From Eledone cirrhosa (taxonomy: Eukaryota): a stretch of 64,000 nt of DNA. The DNA is taken from positions 347,076,001 to 347,140,000 of the forward strand of contig OZ024741.1 of NCBI GenBank assembly GCA_964016885.1. The letters are read 5' to 3'. Numbering within the stretch: position 1 is the stretch's first letter; every line of letters starts with the position of its first letter. This document shows, piece by piece, positions 1 to 13,849 of this stretch. The notes beneath the pieces are model-generated. The model made no database searches. It was not told where the DNA came from and saw only the letters and a program-made list of their open reading frames with translations. A program made the position numbers and the translations under genes.

Positions 1-302
1 GGTTCATGTGGCCAGCGATAAGCTTTGCAGTGCGGACAAACAGAGGCAAAGAGACTCCCTGCATTATGTTGTAGTATTATGGAAAGAACAGTTTGCTCTT
101 GGAAAAGTTCCTCTGTAGGATCCTTTGCTAGACCTTCAGTTGACCTGTTCCTTCTTCTCTGAACGTTTGCTGTATTTTTTGCAAATTGTTGTTGGTGTGT
201 TAAATGAATTACATTTGTAGAAATTTGTAGGGATGTTGTAGAGCGATTATTATTTGATTGATTTGCCCTCATATCTCTTTGGCGTTGTGTGTCTGCTGCC
301 AT
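1..302 (-). mobile_element. Possible Helitron Rep/Hel N-terminal fragment (ORF runs off the window edge)
   Basis: Hand translation of the minus strand from ATG at 302 is open to base 1 and ends ...LQHNAGSLFASVCPHCKAYRWPHE, resembling the H-x-G-x4-5-CxxCxAxxWxxE zinc-finger start of Helitron RepHel proteins. The rest lies outside the window. Confidence 0.4.
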
Positions 303-423
303 GCGTTGGGATTTAGATGAGAAATGTTTTCTGCGTCCAATATTCACTCTCTGTCATGTATTTATAAATATATGTTATCTGTACGGTGAAATCTTAGAAA
401 TAAATATACGTTAAAACAGAAGA

Positions 424-469
<46 letters not shown>

Positions 470-560
470 AATGGAAAAATTTGAACAGGGACAAAACAGA
501 GAGGCAGTACAACGAATGTTTATTAATTTCACGCTCAGGAGAGTGGGGTGTTGGTGAGGG

Positions 561-597
561 ACGACGTTTCGGGCATAAGCCCTTCCTCAGGTGGGAA
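561..597 (-). ncRNA. Minimal type I hammerhead motif in Neptune pLTR (weak stem I)
   Basis: Minus strand reads cccac-CTGAGGA-a-gggc-ttat-gccc-GAAA-cg-TC-gt. Core and stem II are intact; stem I has only about 2 bp. Confidence 0.6.
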
Positions 598-2085
598 GTG
601 TGTGGGAACAGAGTTCAAAGGGTGTGTAGGGGAGTGGTGGAGAGACATATAGCGAAAGGAAACGGTGCGAATGAAAAAAATAAAAATAAAAATAAAAATA
701 AAGCATGATCAAAATACAAGGAATGAAATAAATTTAAATATAAAAGCATGATCAAAATAAACTGAAATTAAAAGGGGGTAAAACAGGTGGTGGCAGGGTG
801 TGGGGTGTGTAGGGGTGGTGGCGGGTAGAGTGGGGATAGGGAGACGGGGTGTCCGAGCGGAGAGGGTTGAAGGTGTTGTGTGTGTATAGGTGTACGTGTG
901 TGTGTGTGTGTATGTGAAAGTAAGGGTTGGGGGAAGAACGGGGTTGGATGTTCAGGAAGAGGTGTGTGGTGTAGGGGGGAGTGTCTGTGCGTGTGTGGAT
1001 AGAGGGGTGGGGGGGGAGAGGAATCAGGAAGCTGAGGGTGTAAATATGTGGTGGAAAGCACGTGTGTGTGGGGTTTAAGCGTGTTGTGGGTGTAGGTGGC
1101 GTGTGGAGAAAAAACAAATTTTGGGGGGCTGTGTGTGTGGGTCAGTTATATAGGTGATTACGTAAGAGGATGGTTGAAAAGTAGGTAAAATCCAAAGGTG
1201 TTTAGTGGATTCTGTGGTGGTCAATTTCTGCGTGCGAGTATTCCATGAAGCGATGGTCGGAAGAGGAGAGATTTGGGGTGCGCGCGCAACAGGAAGTGGT
1301 CAAGCAGTGGGAGTGCTGTGTGTCTGTTTGTGCTGGGAGGTGGTCAGAGGGCATAGCAGCAGTCGGTGGAATGGTAAAGGGGCGAGGATGGGTAGGTGTG
1401 AAAGTTGGAGTGAGGAGGGTGTGTGTGTCTATTAGTAGAGGTGTTAGTGGGATGAGTGAGTGTGTAGCGAGGGTGTGGGTGGAGAGGGGGTAGAAGGGTG
1501 TGTGTGGTTCTATGGAGGGAGTGGGGTGTACTGGTGTGTGTGTAGTTTGATGAAGGGGTGTTAGTGGGTGTTAGTATAAGGGAGGTGGAGAGGGGTTGAA
1601 TGCAGGTGTGAGTGGGGGTTAGTGGTGGTAGAGTGTGTAGAGTTGGTGGTGTACGAGGGTGTGTGGGTACGTGTGCGTGGGGTTGGGGGGGGTGTTAGTG
1701 ATGTTAGTTGCATGTGGGGTGGGTGGTGTAAGTGGGTGCGTGTGTTCGTGTGCTTGGGGTTAGGGGGTGTTATTGAGGTTAGTTGCGGGGTGGTGGGATG
1801 GAGGTGTGGGGGTGAGAGGTATGGGGGTGAGGGTTAGTGGTGGTAGTAGGGTGTGTGTTTAGTGTGAGTGCGTGTATATATGTGCCGGTGGGTGTGTGCG
1901 TGTGATAAGGAGGGGGGAGGAGGAGAAGAATGGAGGGATGTTAGTATGTTAGTTGGGTAAGGGTGGTCAGATGAGGGGTGGAGTGGAGGTGTTAGTATGG
2001 TTAGTTGTGAGGTGGGCGGTGAAAAGGAGGGGTGTGTTAGTGGTGTTAGTGGGGGATAAGTGTGAGGGGAGGGGGCGGTCGAAGG

Positions 2086-4806
2086 CTAAAGGAATAAGGG
2101 TGGGGAGTTCAGGCCGTGGGGATTGTGGGTCTGTAAGATGAAGATAGTTCGTTGTTCGACCCTAAGGCGATTGGCGGGTGTTCCGTGGCACTGGAGTAGG
2201 CCACAGACTGTGAGATGGCGTGCGGAATGTCCAGGGCCACCAAAGTGGCTGGCGATGGGGAAACTACCCCCGAGACGAATATCCTGGAGGTGCTCAGTGA
2301 ATCGGTCCGCCACGCGACGTCCCGTCTGTCTGACATAAGCGAAGTCCGTAGACTAGGCTGGAGGAGGTGCAGCGGAAGGCATGCCGGACAGAGAGAGAGT
2401 GGCCGTTGGGACCCTGGAAGGTGGTGGTGTTGGAGATGTGGGGACAGGTGTTGCAGCGGGGCCTAGAACAGGGAAAGGAACCGGGGGGGGGGGAACAGAG
2501 CGTGGGTTGGCGGTAGGGAGCTGTGGACGAGGAGGGTGCGGAGATTGCGTGCGCGTTTGAAGGAGGGGAGTGGTGGGGTTGGGAAGATGTGGGAGATGGA
2601 GGTGTGGTAGGTGATGGGGAAGGGGAGACGGTGGGTGGGTGTGCGGTGGCGTGGGGTGAGGGTGGTGGAGCGGGGGACAGCACGGGCGCGGGTGAGAGCG
2701 GTGTGGACGAGATAGAGGGGGGGGGGGTAACCTCTGCCGATGAAATGGCTGACTAGGGAAAGGACCTGGGACTCAAAGTCAGCATCTCGGCTACAGAGGC
2801 GGCGGATCCTGAGAAGTTGGGAGTAGGGAATGGAGTGTTTAATGTGGGTGGGGTGAGAAGAGGTGAGGTCGAGGTAAGAGTGGGAGTCGGTGCGTTTGAA
2901 GAAGGCGGAGGTGACGAGGGAGTGGTGGGAGGGGTCGAAGGCGACGGAGATGTCAAAGAAGTGGACGTGGGTGGTGGAGATAGAGGTGGTGAAGTGAAGG
3001 GAGGGGTGGAAGGAGCAGAAGAAGGAGAGAAAGGAGTCGAGCTGTTCTCGGGTGAGGGTCGTGGCTCCGATACATTCGTCAATGTAACGACCGTACAGTT
3101 CGGGCGTGGGGCCGGTGTACTGGGCAAAGATTTGGGCCTCAACATGGCCAACAAAAAGGGTGGCATAGTTCGGGCTCATTCTTGTATCCATGGCTACCCC
3201 CGTGACCTGTTGGTAAAACTCACCCGAGAAGGAGAAACAATTCAGGGTGAGGACCAGCTCGGCGAGGCGAAGGAGGGTGGGGGTGGAGGGAATGGGGGAG
3301 GGGCGAAGGTCGATGTAGTGTTTGAGGGCGCGTAGGCCATCGGCGTGAGGGATGACGGTATAGAGGGACTTGATGTCTAGGGTGAAGAGGAAGGGCTGTG
3401 GGCCGGGTGGGTAGGTGAAGGAGTCGAAAAGGCGCAGGGCGTGGTTGGTGTCGGATATGTGGGAGGGGTGGGTGGTGACAAGGGGGGCGAGGATGGAATC
3501 GAGAAAGGCGGAGATGAGTTCGGTGGGGCAGTTGCAAGCGGAGACGATGGGGCGGCCGGGGTTGTCGGGTTTGTGGAGTTTGGGGAGGAAGTAGATGGTG
3601 GGGGTGCGGGGGGTGCGGGGGGTGCGGACGATGAGGTGGGAAGCGGTGGGGGGAGGAGGGTGGAGGCGATAAGGTCTTTGATGGTGGAGGAGACTTGTTG
3701 GTAGAGGGCGGTAAAAGAGGGGGTTACAGAGCTGCCTGAGGGCTTCGGCCGTGTAGAGGTCCGCGCGCCACACCACTACGGCGCCTCCCTTGTCCGCCGG
3801 TTTGATGACGATGTCATCTCGGCTACGGAGGGAGCGGAGAGCGAGGAGTTCGCTCCGTGAGATATTGTACCGTTTGGAACGGTGGCGGAAGTCGAAACGA
3901 TTTACTGCGCTATGGCTGGCATCGACGAAGGCAGCCAGGGTGCTAAATTGCCCTGGGGCCGGCGTCCAAGAAGATGGTCGTCGGCCCAGGGCGAGAAACG
4001 GGTCTGGGGCGTCCGGAGCCGGTGGTGCTCGGCTGAAATGTGCCTGTAGCTTAGTGCGTCGCACGAATCGCTCGACTTCCGTTCGGGTGCGGAACTCGTC
4101 GCTCTGCGGAGTGTGGGGTATGAAGCGAAGGCCTCTACTAAGGAGTGAGCGCTCAGGTGCGGAGAGGGGGAGGTCAGGGGGTATGGTGACACCAAGGGAT
4201 GGGGTTTGGGTGTTTGGGGGGAAGGGAGGGTGTGGTGAGGGGTGAGGTGGAGGGTGGAGATTGGGTAGGGGTGTGGGTCGAGGGATAGGTGGAGAGTGGT
4301 GGGCGTATGGGGATGGGTGGGTGGTGGTATTTGGCGGTGGTTGGGAGGAGTGAGTGTAACTTGCGGGCTTTGGTGGAGCTGAGGAAGGAGAAGAGGTTGT
4401 GGTTGAGGTTTGGGATGAAGGAGAGGATGGCTTGGGCAAGGAGGGGGTGGCAGGTGGAGTTAAGGCGGAGGAGGGTGGGGGTCAGTTGGTGGTCAAGTTG
4501 GCGGATGGTGGAACGGGAGGTGCGGATGGAGTTGCGCATCAGGAGGCGTGAGGATCGGGTGAGGATACCTTTCGTGGAGGGGGAAGCGGCGGGGGAAGAG
4601 TGGAAGTGTAGACGGAAGCCGAGGGGGATAAGGTGGAGGCGGAGGCAGTGGCTGACGAAATGGATGTGGCTGGAGTGCCGTGTTTTGGCGAAGAGAAGGT
4701 AGGAGAGTTGAAGAGCAGAGGGGAGATAGCAGGGTGGGAGGAGGGGGGTGAGGAAAAGTTTGAGGCGATTATGTAGTTGGTGGAGAAAGGATCTCAGGCT
4801 GGGCAT
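2086..4806 (-). pseudogene. Frameshifted PLE polyprotein (N-terminal domain, RT, ZnF, GIY-YIG endonuclease)
   Basis: Split over ORFs 4174-4953 (HIHFVSHCLRLHLIPLGF), 2463-4439 (RT), 2294-2683 and 2086-2313 (EN). Catalytic YIDD appears as YIDE. Confidence 0.85.
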
Positions 4807-5721
4807 GGTGGGCGTTGGGTGAAAGCAGGGGGAGGGATGAGAAGGAAGGGGTGTTAAGCGGGGTGGAGTGAACGAAGGAGTGAGTGCGAAGGATAGGCAG
4901 AGACGGGGAAGGGAAAATGAAACAGAAAAACGTAGGGAGGGAGGAGTAAACACGGGAAAATTAAAGACAAAAAATCATAAAGTTAAAAACACAGGCGATC
5001 GTGAACAAAAAATCATAAAGGTAAAATCACAGGCAATCGTGAACAAAAAATCATAGAAATAAAATTGTAAGAACACAGGCAAAGAATCATATACGGATAT
5101 ATATATATATATATATATATGACACGGAGAAAAGAAATCTTTGAAATAAATGTATGTTTCATATACTTATTATCGTCTGCTATTCGAAACACCAGATAAA
5201 ATGAGAGAGAGAGAGTAGTATGAGGTAGTCCTAACAACAGTGGTAGCAGCAAAACGCGTATAAAAACAATATGTCACAGTCATTCTATCTATCTGTATCT
5301 CTCTCTTCATATACTCACAAAATCTCTCTCTCTCTGTCACAGTCACTCTATCTGTATGAGGTAGTCATAACAACAGTGGTAGCAGGAATACGCGTATCAA
5401 TATATATATATCTGTCACAGCCACTCCTCTCTTTATGTACTCACCCATACAATGCCTCTTTCTTGCTCTAGCAATTTTATAAAATCAACGAACTACATAC
5501 AAGCACACACAGCAGCGTGTTGAAAAAAATCCAAGTCGCTTCATCTTTCTCTTTCACTCTCTCTCTCTATATATATAGTACAGATGTACCAGAAGTATTG
5601 AAATTTGAAACTTTTTAAAAGAAGTGAATCTTGAATAATATTTTTGATACATGTTTAATCATGTGTTATGAAATTTAGTACATAAATTATGTAATATTCA
5701 TTCATTATTTATTCAAAGTAA

Positions 5722-5910
5722 GGGCGGTTGATTGGCAGTATCGGTAGAGGGTCGGACGCCATGCTTTCCAGCATAGTTACGTCCCTTTACGATCTGAGTT
5801 CAAATCCCGCCGAGGTTGACTTTGCCTTTCATCCTTACGGGGTCGATAAAATAAAGTACCAGTAATGCACTGGATAATTGCTGGCCTTGTGCCTAAAGTA
5901 GAAACAATTA
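5722..5910 (+). mobile_element. Octopus tRNA-derived SINE with Nin-type domain
   Basis: A-box-like TGGCAGTATCGG, B-box GAGTTCAAATCC, GCCTTTCATCCTTACGGGGTCGATAAAATAAAGTACCAG domain. TSD tttattcaaagtaa on both sides. Confidence 0.88.
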
Positions 5911-6968
5911 TTTATTCAAAGTAATCCAACTTATTTTACAAACGGGATAAAAAATTATACTCTGACGCAGTCCCGCGTTCCTAGCTTTATTATAATTTAG
6001 ATACACCTTCGCGGACATACATTCCGATAAATACACATACTTTCACACAGACACACACATACAGTTATGATAGCGTTCGGTGAATTGGAAACGGGAGGGT
6101 AAAACAAGTATAACCTTTTATTTATTTATTAACAACACAGTTTAACTATTTTTTTTAAAAACTCATTTGTATAAAAATTTAATATAATGCTTACAGAACG
6201 AAAACACAAACAAATATAATATATATGCTGCATCCAGGATGTGGGAAGAAGCAAGAGTCATTATCTGTAACGTCCCATTCACACAAATACACATACTTTC
6301 ACACAAACACATACATACATTCACACAAACACACATTCACACATATACATTTACACAAACCCACACATACAGTCATGATAGCGTTCGGTGTACACTTATT
6401 TATTTATTTATTAACAACAGTTTAACTCTTTTTTTTCTTTTTTACTCATTTATATAAAAAATTAATATAATGATTACAGAACGAAAACACTAACAAATAT
6501 AATATATACAAAGGAAAGGGAAAGAAAAAAAACGAAGGAGAAATAATACACAAGCACGTAATACTAACATCTTAGACCCCATAGAACATTATGCAGGCGA
6601 AAGAATGCAAAAAAAGGAGACGCTACCAGAGCAAAAGATAGCAATATAGCGAGGGAAACTTCCCTAATATTTTTTGAGGCAGGCCAGCACGCTCGCGGCG
6701 TTACATGGGGTGATGGCGAGGATGAATTATATTCTCGTACTAGTCTACTTTCTTGCACTGGGTGGCTGCTGGCCCGGTGTTTGGGATAGAAACCGTTATT
6801 TATTTATTTTTTTCGTGGTGGTCTCTGTAGTATTCCGACCCCCCCCCCTCTGTTGACCTGTCACCGTCCGATACACACACTTATACCCCGCATAAGGGTC
6901 CCTTTATCTCCGTCACACCTAGGTTTTTTCTATCATTATCATGTTTTCTTATTCTTTTTTTATTCTAC

Positions 6969-7004
<36 letters not shown>

Positions 7005-7049
7005 TAAATCTATCTATCCATCCTTTTACTCACTTATTTGTTTATTTAC

Positions 7050-7358
7050 TCATTTATGTATTTCTTGTGGAATATTATTTACGTATTTCTTATTTACTTA
7101 TGTGGAATATTACTTATGTGTTTCTTATTTACTTATGTGGAATATTATTTACGTATTTCTTATTTACTTATGTGGAATATTACTTATGTATTTCTTATTT
7201 ACTTATGTGGAATATTTTTCATGTATTTCTTATTTACTTATGTGGAATATTCTTTATGTATTTCTTATTTACTTATGTGGAATATTATTTTTGTATTTCT
7301 TATTTACTTATGTGGAATATTATTTATGTATTTCTTATTTACTTATTTATGTATTTCT
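7050..7358. repeat. 35-bp minisatellite, about 8 copies
   Basis: Unit ~ttatgtggaatattatttatgtatttcttatttac. It explains the repetitive ORFs 6853-7474. Confidence 0.9.
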
Positions 7359-7689
7359 TCAGCCTAGCAATAGCGAGAGAATTAAGTCTTAGTAACCGGA
7401 TTCTGCTTATATTTCTTTTCTCTCTCAGTACCTTTTACAGTTTTACATTTTCATCGTTCTACTTACCGTTTTGACCTCCTCCCCCTCCCCCTCCCCGGCG
7501 TCCTCTTTGACCTCACACCCAGCTGTAGCTGGCACCACCAACGTATGAATGGGTCTACCCCGCCCCCTCTCCCCTTTTCTCCTACTGGCAGGTTTGGCTA
7601 CCTCCCCCACCAACTTGACATCGCAGAATTACTACTACCTTGTGGGATGACCAATCCTGGTGATTATCTCTTTGACCATATATGGAATT

Positions 7690-7784
7690 GCCCCTTGACA
7701 AGTTCGGCTATTTAAATACCAGAACTGATTTTTCATTCAGTACAGAATTAGCCGTCGAAACGGCTTGAGCTCAGCCGTCGGGGT
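7690..7784 (+). ncRNA. Type I hammerhead ribozyme, U3-A8 core variant with full stem III (solo pLTR remnant)
   Basis: gcccc-TTGACAA-g..cggcta..tagccg.c-GAAA-cggct-tgagctc-agccg-TC-ggggt. About 95 nt upstream of a (TA)n tract. Confidence 0.75.
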
Positions 7785-7875
7785 CTTACTTACTCCTATT
7801 ACCCACTCTACTACCCTAAGTATTGAGTACTTTGGTGCGTTATGGTCCACCTGGTTCCTTACCACTTTTCCTTCG

Positions 7876-7919
<44 letters not shown>

Positions 7920-8681
7920 GCTCACGTGTGTGTGTGTGTGTTCGGTTAAAATCAACTGACAAATAACGAGGTGCTTCATTTTATTAATGTCCCCAGGCGT
8001 TTCAACTTGAATATAGACAGAAGATCTTCAGTGCATTAATCCAGGATTGCAAATCAGAATTAACACCATAAAAATCTTTCTTAAAACATTATTTTCTCTA
8101 TGATAGAAGAATATTTTATAAGTAAGCATGCATTTAATACTTCTATCTAATATAAACTACTCTTTAAATCTGCTTTTATTTATAACTAATCGCTTTCTGG
8201 TGAAAAAAAGAAAATCCTTTTATTCACAATTAATCAACAAATACATTGCCATGTGCCTTTCCTTAACATTCTTCTTTCTAAAAAATATTTTTAAAAGCCC
8301 ATTTCATTTCTTATTCGTGAAGGAAATTCATGCTTATTTAGTTCAATCAAGTAACTGCGTTTTTATGTGTCCCCTGTGATGAAATAATTTTCTCGGAATT
8401 TCTTTGAAAACATTTACACAAAACATCTTCAATTTATTTACAGTATCGACTATGATTCTTATTTTCTCAGGGGATCTCATCATCCACATCCTGAATTAAT
8501 GGCCTGATGTTGCTTATGTATTATAAGCTGACACTGAAGTGCAAATGAGTGTAGACATTAATAATATTATTTGCAGTACGTCTTTGGAAGTTTATTCTAT
8601 TAAATAAAAGTTTAATATATCGAGTCTCTCCTCATTGGATGAGAGGCTGGGATTATACCCAATTTATTCATCTCATGTAAA

Positions 8682-9467
<786 letters not shown>

Positions 9468-9782
9468 TTTGACTTAATTATATTATATATATATATACGT
9501 AAAATGTAAACAGAAATAACGGTACAGTATGTGGAAGGAATATATAGGTCACATTTGCCTGTTACCCTTTCAAAATCGATAACAAAGTACCAGTCTAGTA
9601 CTGGGTCGGTTCTTCCGCTATATCTCTTCCTCATTTCCTCTCTCTCACCTTGTATCTTTCTCTAGAAGAAATCTGCTGTACTTAAGTCTGGAGAGGTATG
9701 AGATCTGCAAGGCTTAAAATGTCCAAGAAACACCATATGTCAATACGGGGCTCTTACGAGTCTATCAGGAGTTACAAGCACC

Positions 9783-9970
<188 letters not shown>

Positions 9971-11090
9971 GCAAGCGTGTGTTTGTCGCCAGACACTATC
10001 AATACGTGTCAAAATATTCCTATCCTGTGAAGTTATGCTTTTTATGCTCTAGCATACTAATAAATCTAATGCCACCTACCATCATACTTACCAAACTTTA
10101 TTTTACCTTCTCTCTGAGGTAGATGCCCAATGGTTTCATCCACATCTACATACTTAATCTAGTAATACGTAATAACTTTTACAAATTTTGCATCTATGCA
10201 CTACTTATACGATGCACGAGAAGAAATTTATTGAATATTGAACTGTGTGGAAACCGATATTTCGGGAAGATATCAATTCCTATGCATACGCACAAAAACG
10301 ATTATATCATACATCCTTTCTGTAAATATATGCTTATTCATGCTGTATGCTTATGTGTTTGTGTAAAACGTAAAGAATATCCAACATACAAACAAACAGT
10401 ATATAAGTGAAGAGGTAATTGATTAGTTTGGCATTTTTTTCAATCACATTTCTTCATTCCTTGTACAACATACTAACCACAATGATTACTTATTACTAAC
10501 TTCCTCTCCCACATTATCTTCGAGGCCATTTCCGTGACTGCACTAAAGATAGCTATATGAACAATGAGAGGAATCTGTTGATGGACAGTTTAATCTGCAC
10601 AATTTAATTCATTCTTATGAAGAAACAATAATTGCCAATGTTATTGTTGCTTTAGTGGCCCTAACGTTTTGACCATTATACATAAGACATTTCTTTTCAC
10701 ATGACGAACATCAAATATGCATGAATGCACCGTTAAGAATATTATTGTGGAAGTGAACATATTTGAGAGTTATTTAAAATGCGATATTCCAATCCATTCA
10801 CATTTGCGTTGCATTGCAGCATGACACACTTAGTAACTTATAACATTCACACCTAAGTAAGAAAGCCGCCTGCTTTACGTAGGTTCACTTACTAGAAGCC
10901 GGATTTCCGATTCAAGTTATATTTCTTATGAACATTTCAAAATATTTATGCAGTTAGATGTTTATTGAACATTTATAATGAATGCACATTGACACAAAAA
11001 ATGTGTTTCATTAACATACGCACACATACACTTAAACACACATTCCCTCTCAGTTACTCGTTATATAAATATAATTCATATTGTGTGTAA

Positions 11091-11122
<32 letters not shown>

Positions 11123-11161
11123 TGAATTCACAAATCAAAGGTATGTTCAAAACATTTATCC

Positions 11162-11206
11162 GCTGACAATTGTTTCTTCCAAACCTACGCTTGGAGTCTT
11201 CGGAGC
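11162..11206 (-). ncRNA. Type I hammerhead motif, C4 variant (CCGAAGA), solo pLTR remnant
   Basis: gct-CCGAAGA-c-tccaa-gcgtaggt-ttgga-a-GAAA-c-aatt-g-TC-agc, on a ~150-bp fragment between (TA)n tracts. Confidence 0.7.
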
Positions 11207-11794
11207 ATTTTTAATGTTTGTACATATACAATTTACCTCCTACTCAACGTAGGAGACATACAGATACACATATATATATATATTGATGTACCGTGTGGAG
11301 TTGATGCGACATATATTATACCATATTTGTACAGTAATACAAATTAAGATTAAAATCAAAATTCAAAAACAAGATTAAAAGCATAGGTTGGACTACATGC
11401 GACAGATAATACAGATAATACAAGAGAATAGTCTAATAATCAAATTAAATAGATATTATATGCGTTAGTCATATATAGAGGGATGGAACAAGCAAATGTA
11501 TCATGTATATATGAGTACTGTGAAGTAAGGCGTTACATGAAATACAACCACTTTAAGCGGGTATGTAAGTGTATTATGGTGGTTGCAGTGTGAGGATATT
11601 TTCTGTATATTGCAAATTTGTATGTGTGCAGAAAAAGGAAGTTATATTTTTCACAACCATCACTATTTTCACATCTAGAACAAGGTAGTTACAGTTTTCA
11701 CATCCATCACATAAGTTACGATGTATTTGTTTTGAACGTTTGTTGTAGTAATGGATTATAACGTATTGCAACTCAGTGTTATTAATCCACATTT

Positions 11795-11900
11795 AATCCC
11801 GCCGAGGTTAACTTTGCCTTTCATCCTTACGGGGTCGATTAAATAAAGTACCAGTAATGTACTGGATAATTGCTGGCCTTGTGCCTAAAGTAGAAACAGT
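11795..11900 (+). mobile_element. 5'-truncated Nin-type octopus SINE
   Basis: Same 3' half as 5722-5910. TSD ttattaatccacattta. Confidence 0.85.
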
Positions 11901-12726
11901 TATTAATCCACATTTATAGGTTTGTGAGAATTAACAGCAGTTTAATATCCGGAAGTGGGTATGCAATTAAGGGGAGCTAATGCGTAAGGGGAGGTAACTA
12001 GCTCATTCTAATCATTTAATTCATTGCTCTAATAGAAATTATATGGTGCCTCAGTTGAGTCCCTTATATAAAGGTTATATATTTATATTTAATTTTAAAT
12101 ACAGTCTACTCTCTCATAATGTATTAAAGGTTTCAATAGGAAGTTGTCTACCCATTATTATATAGTGCCATAATTGAACTTCCCATACAAATTGCTATAT
12201 CTTTATATCAAATTAACCTTAAATACAGTCTACTCTCAAAACATAATGAAGGTCCAATTAGATTTTTGTCTACCCAACATTTGGTAAGCTCTGGAACAGC
12301 GTACAGCTGTTTGCATGATAAATTAGATACATCCCTTGAGTGAACAAATACATCCCCTATATACAATGTTATTAATCCATACATTTGATTATAAATGCAT
12401 ATATAATTCATTGTTCCAATATATATGTATATATATATGTGCATATTTGTATTCATACATATATACATATATATGAGTGAGATACACTCGTGATGTTTTG
12501 TGACATTCTCGTTACAGGTAATTTTATTGACCTACGTAACTCTCTCTTTATTACATCTTTCATATGGTTATAATAAGCTAACATGCCAAATCCTTTTTTC
12601 TTCAGGTGGTAGGTTCGGGCCGTTACAGAACTTTAAACGCTACTCTTCAAGCACATCTTGTGACAGTTGACTGGTTCCACAACTTGGAACAAATTGGAGG
12701 CTTGATATGCAATACAATATGTATGT

Positions 12727-12799
<73 letters not shown>

Positions 12800-12806
<7 letters not shown>

Positions 12807-13182
12807 GGATTACAAACGAGAATATATACTGTCAGAACATGTTTATATAAAAGCACCTACGTACGTTTCGCCCGAAAAGGGCTTCTCAAGGGCATAGAAA
12901 ACTACAGAGTGTTCGGTACAGGACCAAGAAGGGGTTTTAAAGTGATACATACATCAAAGTTCATTCTTAGTTCAAACATACACGTTATTGAATAACAACG
13001 TATATGTTTGAACTAAGAATGAACATTGATGTATGTATAACTTTAAAACCCCTTCTGGGTCCTTTACCGAACACTCTGTAGTTTGCTATGCCCTTGAGAA
13101 GCCCTTTTCGGGCGAAACGTACGTAGGTGCTTTTATATTGACATGTTCTGACAGTATATATTCTCCTTTGTAATCCTTTCAT
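12800..13182. repeat. ~190-bp-arm inverted repeat of a pLTR 3' end, each arm with a U3-A8 HHR motif
   Basis: Arms 12800-12990 and 12990-13182 are near-perfect reverse complements. gccc-TTGAGAA-gccc-ttttc-gggc-GAAA-cgtacg-TA-ggtgc at 13090-13130 (+) and 12853-12893 (-). Confidence 0.85.
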
Positions 13183-13342
13183 TTGTAACCGCTCTGCTTA
13201 TCTTCTCGCCCGCTAAATATTAACGCTTCCAATATTTAAACCTGTTGGCACAAGTATTGAGCACAAATGCACAACCTTTTGGCAACTAACTATATGTATC
13301 GCGTATCCCTTTAAACCTCTTCTTCTCTCTCACAATACTTAA

Positions 13343-13565
<223 letters not shown>

Positions 13566-13761
13566 TTTAATATATCTACTAACATAAGCGCACAGATGTA
13601 CGCTAATGCCAGAAAATACACAGGTTATGTCATAGTACCTAGGTGGTTCAATGCAGGAGGATGCAGAACAATAATATAAAAGACGTAAAATAAGAAAATA
13701 AAAAAAAAATAAAAAAAATTTTTTAATAAAATAAGATGCTGAGGTTACATATGTCGTATAC

Positions 13762-13849
13762 TCATAATAATTATTTCTACGGTTCTCCATGCAATCGAGA
13801 TGTCCTTCATGCATTTGTTGTTGATTATGTGAACGGTTTCTTCAGATGA
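13762..13849 (-). ncRNA. Type I hammerhead motif with extended stem II (3' pLTR)
   Basis: tcat-CTGAAGA-aaccgttc...gaaccgta-GAAA-t-aatt-a-TT-atga. Confidence 0.65.

Larger units (their letters stand above)
466..5096 (-). mobile_element. Penelope-like element, Neptune-type, decayed
   Basis: RT motifs (IKPADKGGAVVVW, YFLPKLHK..PGRPIVS, LDIKSLYTVIPH, QVTGVAM, RYIDE), Zn finger PCSRPRCNTCPHI, and GIY-YIG C-terminus (CTSSSLVY..., RFTEHL..., EQRTIFILQTHNPHGLN). Long C-rich 3' region with HHR motif and AATAAA. (TA)n on both sides (~435-465, ~5097-5120). Confidence 0.88.

Noticed and set aside
752-4702. Many Gly/Val- or Pro/His-rich ORFs on both strands
   Set aside because: Shadows of the strongly skewed Neptune element and its 3' UTR.
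5215-5420. Possible decayed HHRs in a short duplicated segment
   Set aside because: Neither copy has an intact CUGANGA/GAAA core or stems.
5722-5810. tRNA gene
   Set aside because: A/B boxes belong to the SINE head. No cloverleaf is evident and TSDs flank the full SINE.
6060-6510. ~170-bp direct duplication
   Set aside because: Real but low-complexity and diverged, with no ribozyme or coding signal recognised.
7050-7358. Hydrophobic repeat 'membrane protein' ORFs, or CRISPR repeats
   Set aside because: Translation of a 35-bp minisatellite with no spacers.
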